From Psammoneis japonica (taxonomy: Eukaryota), in NCBI GenBank assembly GCA_008632985.1, contig QPGO01000121.1:1-64000 (forward strand): DNA of 64,000 nt. Reading direction: 5' to 3'. The notes beneath the pieces were generated by a model. The model was not told where the DNA came from. It worked only from the letters and a program-made list of their open reading frames with translations, and did no database searches. This document shows, piece by piece, positions 10,630 to 21,295 of the stretch (position 1 is its first letter; each line of letters begins with the position of its first letter). The position numbers and the translations under genes are program-made.

Positions 10630-12274
10630 ATGTCTTCGTCTTGGGCTCGATTCGCTATCTGGGCCACAAACTTAATCTTGAATGCGCCATCGCAGTTTCT
10701 GCGTGAAAGCGCCAACATCGTTGTGGTCAATACCTTTGCCAACCGCATTCCACCGCGACCTCGCCCGTTAGCCTTGGACGCGGATTACACGACGTGGAAT
10801 GGACTCACGAATCGGACATACAACGGCCGCATCCTTCCAGCGGACCGAGAATACACCAAAACCCTCCCCGACCTCGACAAGGTTCTAGCTTTGTTTGCTC
10901 GTGGCGATGAGACGATCTTGACGAACGCACAACTCTCCTTTTTCCTTTGTTCGCTCAATGGTTTGTAGATGGCTTCTTGCGAACCAATCAAAAAGATTTC
11001 AGGCTCACCGAAGCGCCCGACCATGAGATAAACTTAAATCAGCTGTATGGCACGGGTGAAGCTCAGACAAACATGCTGAGATCTAAGACAGGAGGTAAAC
11101 TGAAATCTCAGGTTTTTAAAGGAGAAGAGTACCCTCCGTTCCTTTTTGATTCTAAGACTCTTGAACTGAAACCGGAGTTCGAAGGCCTGTACACTGAGGC
11201 CAATTTCGAGCGCGTATTTGGATCTGCATCAGACGAAACAAAACAATATGCCTTTGCCGTTGGACTGGACACTGGTAATTCTGCTATTGGGCCTTCCATG
11301 ATGAATATCCTTTTTCTACGAGAGCACAATCGCGTCGCCAGTGTCATTGCCGAGGCGCACAAGGACTGGATGATGAGCGAATCTTCCAGACAACTCGCAA
11401 CTGCATGATTGCAATGGTGATGCGCATTACTGTTGAGGACTACATATATGCTATTTCACAGATTCCAGTTGTTATGGGGCCAATCGGGTTTGCTGAGAAA
11501 GAACGTTGGTATCGAACCAACTGGCTAAGTATTGAATTCAACCTCCTCTACAGATGGCATGATCTAATACCTGATTCGATAGAGTTCGGAGCCACAGCAT
11601 TCGATGCTCCAGCGGCGCTAGGGAACAACAATGCCTTGATGTTTGACCCGGATATGGAAGCGCTACTCGTGGACGCCGCGAACAACCAGGAAGAGTTCGG
11701 AGACCCAGCCTTCGATGCTCCAGCGCTAGTGAACAACAATGCTTTGATCTTTGACCTAGGTATGGAAACGCTGCTCGTGGACGCCTCGAACCAGAAGGCC
11801 GGAAAGCTGATCCTGGGCAACACTGCCCAGTTCTTGATGCCTGTGCAGAATGCCACGCTTCGAGTGTCACGAGCCTGTGGGCTCCGTTCCTACAATGAGT
11901 ACGCTAGGTACTTTGGAATGTCTGTCCCAAAATCGTTTGACGATCTGACTGGCGACCCTGAGTTGTCAAGGAAGCTTGCTAGCGTCTATGATAGTGTAGA
12001 GCAAGTCGAATGGTACGTTGGACTTTACGCAGCAGAACGGGAGGTACCAAGTATGTTTGCGCCCACATTGATGAATTTTATGGTTGGATACGATGCCGTG
12101 ACACACATCTTCACAAACCCTTTGCTCAATAGTGCAGTTTACTCGAAAGACACGTTTTCCAAGGAGGGTTTTGAAATCATGGAAAGTACGAATCGGCTTC
12201 ATGATATCGTCATTCGGAACACGAAGATTACTGATCCCGCGACGGTTTCTCTGGTTTCAGATCGTCGAGACTAA
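10630..12274 (+). CDS. Cyclooxygenase-like haem peroxidase (peroxidase-cyclooxygenase superfamily), intronless, frameshifted near 10915 and 11370-11400
   Basis: DYTTWNGLTNRTYNGRILP, FAQWFVDGFLRT, HEINLNQLYG, FLREHNRVA, EFNLLYRWH (catalytic Tyr and proximal His equivalents), YNEYARYFG, TNPLL across three consecutive ORFs. Confidence 0.85.
11581..11794 (+). repeat. In-frame 111-bp tandem duplication within the COX-like gene
   Basis: agagttcggag...ttcgatgctccagcg...gaacaacaatgc...gtggacgcc.cgaac at 11581 and 11692. Confidence 0.9.
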
Positions 12275-12539
12275 ATGCACAATGTTGTTTAGAGTTTTTT
12301 ACGTTGGGGTTGAAAGAATCCCATTTTTCAACAGTAGCTAGGGCGTCTCTCCTACTTTTACTTTCCGTGTCTATTGAAATCACACCTGCTTCCACAAAAC
12401 CTTGCCAAAGAACCACGCAGCGTGTGCCGGATAAGCACGAATCATGATAGGACCCAAGCCGCGAAAGAGACCCAGAAAGCCACGCTCGCGATCGATGCGA
12501 AATCATTTCTGGAAAGCAGCTGCCAAGAATCATGACATC

Positions 12540-14638
12540 CCGTCGAGATCGGACGCTGTTTTTGGCAAGTCAAATGGCATGGCAATTGTTTATCCCAACA
12601 TTACGCAAAGCCACCTCTGCACAGAAGAAAGTGGATGTCAGACCCTCTTTGAGTACAATGCCAAAGTTGTTTCTCCTGTTTTCCAACCAAGGACTCACAT
12701 CAAAAAGTGGCTCAGCTCCTCTGGGATTGATGGCACACAGGTTTCTCAGAGAAGGCACCTCGTTTGTGGGAACAATGCCCACCTGCATTGGTTGGGTCTG
12801 CAAATGGGACATTTCAGGGGAACCTTGAGTTTGGCTCTGCAGGAGTAAATTCCAAGGGAACCACACACCATGCCATCTTGTCCCCAGTCTAGCCACAGTT
12901 GCCCTGAGCCAAATCCAGTGGCAAAATTTCAATTGTTCTAACATGGCAGGGACACTCTTGAGGAGTCAGCCTGGCACTTCTCTCATTGGCATTGTGCTGG
13001 GATCTTGAGCATGGAGTGTTGAACCAGCAAGTCAAAGTCGCCAACAAAAGGGAATCCGACAAGATTTCTATGCCACTTGTTGCACTTGCCTTGGCAGTCT
13101 CCAGCAGTTGTGGGACACCTTGGTGCATCTGCACAAACTCTGCAACTGCTGCAACAACAGGCATCTCTTGATGCTGACTGACAATCATGCAAACCAAATG
13201 ATTCACTCAAAACAGTGAGAACAAAACACATGCAAGGGATTGATGGCAGTGCTCATTTCTTCACAGAAGGTTGCATCAGCCAACTGCATCAGGGTCCATG
13301 CATCTTTCTTGTTGGTGCATCTGGGTCACACAACTTGACACCTCTGAGTCTCACAACTTCACATTCCTGACACACTCCTGCTGCTTGCATTGATGTCTCT
13401 TAAAACACAGTCTGACAATGCTTCTTGGGCTTGGACCCATTTCCATTTGAGACACAAAGCACGCTCTGTCCCAACACAAGCCATCAAGTTCATTGTTGGC
13501 ACCCTCCAGGTCACAGCGTCAAAAAAGGTTTGCATGCCCCATCCAAAAAGTCAATCAAATCATTGAAAGCATTGGCAATTTTTCATTATGCACTCTCTCC
13601 ACAAAATGCCATGCAAAGGCACATCTCTTGTCTTCTCAATGCTGACACTGAAGTCCATGGACCAACCAATTGATCCACAACCATCTGCCAATTGTCTTTG
13701 GGGTCAATTGAGGACCTCCACATTCTTGTGAGTCCACTCTGTCTCTTGGGACTGGCTCAAACAATCTTGCAATTGAAGAAAAAAAATGAAACACACCGTG
13801 AGCAACTCCTCTCTCTTCTCAATCTTGAGCAAGCTCAAATGGCTCATTTGTCATCAGGATTGTGGGGACCACAAACCCAATTGGCGCTGGTGCCACAGGT
13901 GGGACAGCTGACTGTCAATTTCTCCATCAATGGGTGGTTGACATCACCTCTGTCCAGGGCAAACTGCAACCCACCATTCCCAAAGCCTGCAATGCACTCT
14001 TCTTTGACAATTCATTGCTCTCATCATGCTTTGCAGTGCTGCTGCAACATGTGCTGCCTTGACACAATCCCTTGCATCCCACTGCCTTTGCCAGCATTCT
14101 CCTTGGTCTTGTGATCTCTTGCATGGTGCACATCATCCACATCCTGGTGCATGTTGACATCACATTGTGAGGTGTGAAGCAAACATTGGCACAGCAGTGG
14201 ACATGCATTCATGTGCCTGTGGCTCCCAGGTGCTTGCAAAGTCTTCATGTGGGTCCTCCACTTGGCGGTGTCTTTTCTTCCACACACAATTCCCACAGCC
14301 ACTGAAAACAGTCAAGGCAAGTGCAGCAAGTGGTGAAGGAGACCATGTTGGGCTCTCTTTTAGTGACATTGACTTGCCAGCAACATTTGCTCCAAAAAGT
14401 GAGAACAAAATACATGCAGGGGATCAATGATGGCACTGATCTCTTCACTGAAGGACACACCAGACAGCCACGTGAGGATCCACACATCTTGCAGTTGTGA
14501 GGTTGGAAGTCTTGAGAGCAAATTTCACAAAGCAAAGTGCAAATTTAAAGAAGACTCAGCATTTGCAATCTGGCAGCAACAAATCTCTGACAAGAGCACT
14601 CCCCAAGAAATCACTGCACAGCCAAGCAAAGCTGTGAA
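12540..14638 (-). mobile_element. Degenerate repeat/TE of unassigned family (homologous to 62.7-64 kb)
   Basis: TpA/CpG-depleted; 13010-13400 aligns by eye with 63420-63810 (shared ctcttgatgctga.tgacaatcatgcaaaccaaatgattcactc). Confidence 0.7.
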
Positions 14639-14911
14639 NNNNNNNNNNNNNNNNNNNNNNNNNNNNNNNNNNNNNNNNNNNNNNNNNNNNNNNNNNNNNN
14701 NNNNNNNNNNNNNNNNNNNNNNNNNNNNNNNNNNNNNNNNNNNNNNNNNNNNNNNNNNNNNNNNNNNNNNNNNNNNNNNNNNNNNNNNNNNNNNNNNNNN
14801 NNNNNNNNNNNNNNNNNNNNNNNNNNNNNNNNNNNNNNNNNNNNNNNNNNNNNNNNNNNNNNNNNNNNNNNNNNNNNNNNNNNNNNNNNNNNNNNNNNNN
14901 NNNNNNNNNNN
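14639..14911. other. Assembly gap (N run) followed by poly-G
   Basis: N run read directly. Confidence 1.
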
Positions 14912-14929
14912 GGGGGGGGGGGGGTGAGG

Positions 14930-15370
14930 TTGCATTGAAACTGTGAAGATGCAGTTGGCTTGATCAGAGAGGTCAGAAAAAGAGCTTGCTTGGGTCATCT
15001 GTTGGAGCATCTGGCTCGGGGGACACAACATGTGGCTGACCCAGAAATGAAGTTGTGTCTTTTAAACCATGACGTGGCATGTTGATGACTGTTCTTTGGA
15101 GAACATCCTCAGTCATTGAACTTGATCGTGATCTCACCAACTTTTTGGAGTGAATCATCTGGCTTAACAACAACAACAAGTGGCACCTGGTGATGCCCAA
15201 CAATCCATCAGTTTGCATTCTGTGCATGATGTCAAGGCAAACCACAGCCAACACAGCAACCAGGGCAAGTTTGGCAAGTGGCACAGGAAGCCCAATGGGG
15301 AGGATTTCCTTTTGGTGACTCAGACTTGCCGGTTCAACATTCACTCCAAAGAGTCATTGGCACTTGTTGA
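14930..15370 (+). repeat. Copy of the unassigned repeat family (similar to 20330-20700; inverted relative to the 13.0 and 63.4 kb copies)
   Basis: Shares atcatctgg..., caacaacaagtggc, gccaacacagcaaccag.gcaagt and gtggcacaggaagccca with 20480-20690. Confidence 0.75.
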
Positions 15371-15399
15371 GTGTGCACTGACTTGGCAAAAGTCCACAA

Positions 15400-18300
15400 G
15401 ATCATTCATGAGTGTGGCAGAGCATGCAGAAAACAAGCAAAGATTTGTGACCTTCACAAGGATGATGGTGGAAGGGACAACAGAAGCCATGCCAAGAACA
15501 AGAAGTCTTTCCAATGTGAAATGAAGTTTTGTCCTTCTACACTGGACTGCAATGTGCACAAAGAAGGTCTGCAGATGTGTGCAGAAGGAATTCAAACAAG
15601 GCAAATGTGCTGCAAGATCACTGGAGGACATGAAGCACCTTGACTTTGAGGCCAAGCAAGAAACCAAAATTGAAGCTGTCAACAACCACACCTGAGGAGA
15701 ATGCAGACACTCACATGAGAGAGACCTGAAGAAAAAGGAGTGCAAGGACAAACAGATGGAACACAAATTCCATGCCAAGCACAATGAATGCTGCTCAAAA
15801 CTGAAGCAGTTCAATGAAAACAAATCAAGGCATTTGCTTTGATCATGGATGATTGCTGCACAAACCACATGAGGAACAGGGTCATGAGTGACCCAAGCTG
15901 CAACAAAATCAGGGACAATCCAATTGAGTTGCCAAAACTCATCCATTCCCTGATGTTCCATTCAATTCAAGGTTGACACCCATTCCATGCATTGACCAAG
16001 TTCCTGAAGAACACACCACAGGTCGTGAGGCAACAATGAAATGAGTCGTCATGGATCACTTGTCAAGATTCAAGAACAAGACTCCACAACAAGAGATGGC
16101 CTGGGTGGTGAGATGCCAAATGGGTTTGTTGAGAACACCAAGGAGCACAAGAAGGAAAGCAACAGCACCAAGCAAACTGAGCTGAAGAAGACACTGTTTG
16201 ATGCCTGAATGATGCACCTGTTTGTCAAGCACAGTGACAACCATTGCCACAAGACTCTGAAGAAGAGCTTCATGAGAGACTGCAGTCTGTGAAATGACAT
16301 GCACCCCAAGGACTTAGACAGGGCAATGGATGTCTTTTTCAACCATGAACAAGATGACAAACAGCAGAGAAGCAACTCAAAGAACCATGACCGTCACAAC
16401 AAAAGCAGGAAGGAAAAGAATGACAGCAAGAACAAGTGCCAGAGTTGTGCAGAGAAGGCCAAGAACAAAAGCAGAACAACACGCCACTGTTGCAGCAAAG
16501 AGGATCAAAAATCCCCGGAGTGCAGCCACAAAGACAAGATGGCTGCCAAAGATTGGGGCGCAATGAGACCAGAAGAAAGCCAGATGCACAGGGACAGAGT
16601 TGTGCACAAACAAGAGATGGCAATGGAGACCACTCTTTGGCAGACAGTGACATGAGCATCAACGCTGCCAGATTGACAAGATCCACCCATTCAACCCAAA
16701 GCAAGGGATGCTTGGCACTGGTTGCAGCTGGTCAGCAAACTGCAAGAGACAAGCATGAGCAAGTCAAGTGTGGGTGTTGAGACTGATGAGATCATTTTAG
16801 ACAACAGATCTGCCCTCAGCATGGCAGCAAGCTGGAGACCAGTGCATGATGCATGACCAGCAAAGACCAAGATTGACCCACCCACAAATGCAGGAGTGTG
16901 CACCCTGGACAAGGATTGCGCCATGCCAGGATGGGGTGACATGGAGTTGGGATCAAAGGGCATGATGGCAAATGTTCCAAGCCTGAAGGATGTGAAGGCC
17001 AAGCACTGCTTGACATGCAAAGACTGAGTGGCATAAAAGTTTTGACTGCTGAACAAGAAGACTGGCAAACAAGTCACAGTTTTTCAGGCAAACAACATCA
17101 AACTGCACACATTTGCAGTTTTTTGACCATGCCAAGGGCCTGCAAAGAGCAGAGTCACAAGCAAACATGAACCTGGTCAAGAAGAAAACAAAGAAAAGCA
17201 ACAAGAAGCACAGGAGTGCACTGGAGGCCATTGTCCCAACCATGAAGCACAACACCACAGGCTGCTCCAAGAGGAAGGTGGCAAACATTGAGTTGGCACT
17301 GCAGCTGTGCTGCAAGGCCAGTGCACCAGTGCCAGAGATTTCAAATGATTCCTTCATTCCAATCAGGTGAAGAACCTGTTCATTGTGCCAGAGGACATGG
17401 ACAGGATGGTGGACATTTGGGAGCTGCCTGTTGCTGCACTGAAAGGCAAGACCAAACAAGCACACCATCCCCAAGTGAAAACTGATGTGACAGTGACACC
17501 ACCCAAGATGTGCGGCAAACAAAGAGAAGGCATGATGCTGTGCATCTGCATCATGGAAGCATGTGGCACCAAACTGCTGCTCACTGTCAACAAGATGATC
17601 AAGTGTTGTTGATCAAGTGTGTGGCTAAAATCCAAGGAGCGGGCAGACCTGTGTGAGTTGCCAGACATGGTGCTGTGACAACACAGCAAAGCAATGTTCA
17701 ACACAAATTTTGTCAAATGCAACCCCAAGTTCAAGGTCATGCTTGCTGAAATGGCCAGCAGGACAACCCTCAAGCTGTTGCCAGTGAGTGCAAGCAACCA
17801 TGTGCCCAAGGTTGAGTGCAGCATCAAAGCTGTTAAAGAAAGGACCCCAGCTGCTGTGCACCACCCACCTCCCAAGGCCATGCCCAAGCATGTGTGCAAA
17901 CATGCAGTCACAAAAACCACCATGGAAAACATGCATCTGCAGAAAGAGGGCATTTCAAACACCTGCAGCCCACACACCATCATGCAATGCCAAGTTCTTA
18001 ACTGCAACAAACATTTTGAATTTTCCTTTGGGGAATTTGTTCTCTGTCTCATTTTGAGAACAACCCCACCAACACCATGGAGACATGGGCATTGACAGCA
18101 TGTGTGTCTGTGCCAACATTTGACTCTCCAAAAAGGACATTGCACCACGAACCTGCACATGGGGAAACTTCTCAACCCCTGCAAATGCTCCCTCCTCCAT
18201 GCCCTCAACTGACACATGTCAGAGCAGTCAAACAGATGGCACAGGCCCAGGGTGCCAAAGACTTTAAATTTGTGGGCAAAGGCAGAGACAATGTTTGCAA

Positions 18301-19600
18301 TGCTGGCAGGACTGCAGGAGTGGAACAAGATGACAATGACAAAAACAAAAATGAAGACCAAGAAAGTGAAGACAGCACTGACAAAGAATGCAATGAAATG
18401 GACTCAGATGAAGAATCCAAAGAAGCCAACAACACACATCCTGGCTGGTGAAAGGTCCAGTCCCAACCAGCACGACAAGGACACAGAATCAGAAGATGAC
18501 AGCTGCAGCCACCACAAAGAGGATGACCATGAGGACATTGATGATGCAAAAGATGACAACAAATCTCACAAAGACACCAAGGAGCTGAAGATGGAACAGA
18601 GGAAAAAGCCAGAGCTGCAACCCACACAACCACAAGGTCTGGAAAGTCCTTTGCACAAAGGCACAAGAAGCATGAAAAAATGGTCCTGTTCACAGGGGTG
18701 ACCCAAACTGATGAAGAGCAGGAAGAGATCACAAAGCTGGGTTGCTGTGCCTCCATCTGCAACCAAATGTGAGTCCAAATCCAGAGAACACCTTTGGGTG
18801 CAATTCCAAATCAGCAATGGCATCAGTGCAGTTTGTGTGCAAGACAAATGACAGAGTTTCCAAGCTGCCGGAAAGGGTGTTTTGTTTGCCCAACAGCACC
18901 CACTGCATGAATGCCTGAAAGCACTCAAAAACAGAAGGGGCATGATGCCTTCAAGAAGGAGACAGAGAACAACTCCACAATGGGGTGTGTGCTTTGCGCC
19001 AACATCTGTCAAAGAAATTGCTCCAAGTGAAAGGGTCAAGGCCACATGTGCCCCAATGTTCCTTGCAGAGAAACAAGACAGTCAGACTCAAAGGATGAGT
19101 GGTGTGCAATCTACAATGGGACACCAACCACGGAGCAGCTGGACAAAGATGAGTCAGCCAGTCCAGCGGTGTCATTGGAAGGAGTGTTCATGACTGCAAT
19201 TGTTGACACCAAGAAAGGGCGCAACATCATGAGCACCAACATGCCCAACTCATTCATCCAAACTCAGGCTCCAGAAGTCAAAGACGGAAAGGATGGGATC
19301 GTGATGAAGATCACAAAAGTGCCAGCTGATGTGCTTGTCAGCATTGATCTTGACCTTTGTGGACTGCACATGGTCCTGGAAAAGGGCAAGAGACAACTTT
19401 GCATGCAAGTCCACAAGAATCCAGAAAAGATTGGGTTTGTGCTCAACCCATGTGACCCATGTGTTGCCAATTGCACTGTCAATGGGAAACAGCACGCGCA
19501 AGATTCCATGTGGACAATCTGTTGTTGAGCCACCGGAGCCCAAAGTGAACAACAAATTTTTAGGTTGGTGGTTCAAGGAAGCCCTGCTTGCATGACATGT
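15400..19600 (+). mobile_element. Ty1/copia LTR retrotransposon remnant (CoDi-like), hypermutated
   Basis: Protease-like ILDNRSALSM (~16790), integrase-like NHVPKVECSIKAVKER (~17800), RT-like ASPAVSLEGVFMTAIVD...NMPNSFIQT and GFVLNPCDPCVANCTVNGKQ (19150-19490), in copia order PR-IN-RT; LTRs not identified. Confidence 0.85.
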
Positions 19601-20900
19601 CATGGACTGGTCTCTAGAGATCAATGAACATGTGTTTGATGCAACACTGATTGCAGCTTTGAGGATCTCAAAGAGAAGATGTCACAAAAAGACAAGGACC
19701 ATGCACTGAGCTGTGGAGCACTGGCAGATTGCAGGCAGTCACACCAACAGACAAGGGCTCAGACTCCACCCAAGTTGGAGATTTGTGGATGACAAAAGCG
19801 CAGCACTCAACAGTGCAACAGTGGCAGGCTCAAGCCTGTGACATGGACACTCAAGGGAGTTGTGGTCCCTTGATGAAGAGAATCACAAGAGAAGCCGGTG
19901 AAACCCAAGACCAACACAGACTGGTTGGGAACAAAACTGGAACAATTTTTGATGCCAAAAAATTGGCGGCATTTGTCCATCATTGTGACATCAAGGTTGG
20001 AACGCAGGCTGCATGATGTGCTGTGCACATGTCGCAAAATGGAGTTCCCAGAGCTGCTCCGAGAGAGAACTGACAATTGGATCAGCAGCTGCTCCCTGAT
20101 CCACTGGTTGACATCATCAAAGAAAGCATCCATTGTGCCTGCATTGGGCATTTTGTGGAAGCCACAAAGGGCTGCACAAAAGACATGGCCACTTTCTCAG
20201 ATGAAGGACGTTGTGCCGCCAATCTGCACCATGGCAGCCAAGATGTCAAGTGTGTTGTTGGGAGGAGTGGCACCCCAGAAGATGAGACTGTCAAGTTTCT
20301 CATCCTAAATCCCTGGAACATTGGCAAGAGTGGCAGGGTGTGGAGTCTTTGGCCTGGAAATGCAGCTGCTGCATCTTTTGAACCCTGGCATGGCGCATGT
20401 TGACAGCATTGATGGCTGCTCTTTGGAGAGCATTTTTCATCATTGATTGTGATCTTGCCAACTTTTTGCGCTCACTGTTTGGAGCAAATCATCTGGTTTG
20501 ATCACAACAACAAGTGGCGCTTGCAAACATCCAACAATCTGTCAGCACACGGTTTGCATGCACGACATTGTTGGGGCAAGCCGCGGCCAACACAGCAACC
20601 AGAGCAAGTGCAGCGAGTGGCACAGGAAGCCCAGCAGGCACCCCTTTTGGCTACATTGATTTGCTGGTTCAACATCATCAGGAGCATTGGAGCTTTCCAA
20701 GGAACAGCTGCTCAGTTTTTTTGGGATGCTTTGCTTTGTTGCTCGCAGAAAACAACCCCAGAAAGTGCTTTTGCAGAAGCAGGTGCGAGCTGTTTGTGGC
20801 TCCCTCATGCTTGTGGCACACAGTTCCTTCATGAGCACACCTCAAAAGCATCCCAGCACTTGTCTGCACATCTTCCATGGGTGTTGCACAGCATCTGTTC
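19600..20900 (+). mobile_element. Degenerate copy of the unassigned repeat family
   Basis: TpA/CpG-depleted; 20330-20700 is homologous to 15000-15360 and to the reverse complement of 13010-13200. Confidence 0.65.
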
Positions 20901-21295
20901 ACTCACTTCATGAGACACAGCGCGAGAGACAGTGACCCGCACAATTTGCTGCGGTTCCGACAGTGAGATTCGATGATGCAACAGCGAGACGCAGCCACGT
21001 CGTTTCTTCCGCGCCGATTGGCTGCAACATCATTGATGAAACGAAAGCGTTTCCCGCCTTGCGAACTCCGTGTCAATTCTCGCTGGATGGAAGAAGCCTT
21101 TGGCATCTGTTTCTACGAGCACTTCAATGACAGTTCTGTAGGATACCGTAGAATTTGTACTGTCCACGTCATTACTGGTCACGGATGAGCTGATGTCACC
21201 ACTTCTGGCATAAGTCGAAGAACACGGCCACGTCAGCGGCGCTTTTCAGAAATTCCCTCCAACGTTTTCAAAATTTTCGTTGCTCCTGCTCCACC

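Noticed and set aside
14427..15031. ORFs spanning the first N gap
   Set aside because: Artefacts of translating Ns.
14930..20700. Direct repeats at ~15.0 and ~20.3 kb as the copia LTR pair
   Set aside because: Not accepted: strongly diverged, no TG..CA ends, PBS or PPT seen, and related copies occur elsewhere in what looks like coding context. Left open as a test.
7560..20900. Classical fungal RIP or plain CpG decay as the explanation for TE composition
   Set aside because: RIP raises TpA and CpG decay does not remove it; here TpA is nearly absent.
7547..20935. Many overlapping Cys/His-rich ORFs (e.g. 8869-9846, 17363-18361) as metal-binding proteins
   Set aside because: They arise in all six frames because TAA/TAG and Tyr codons are depleted; a by-product of the TpA loss, not genes.
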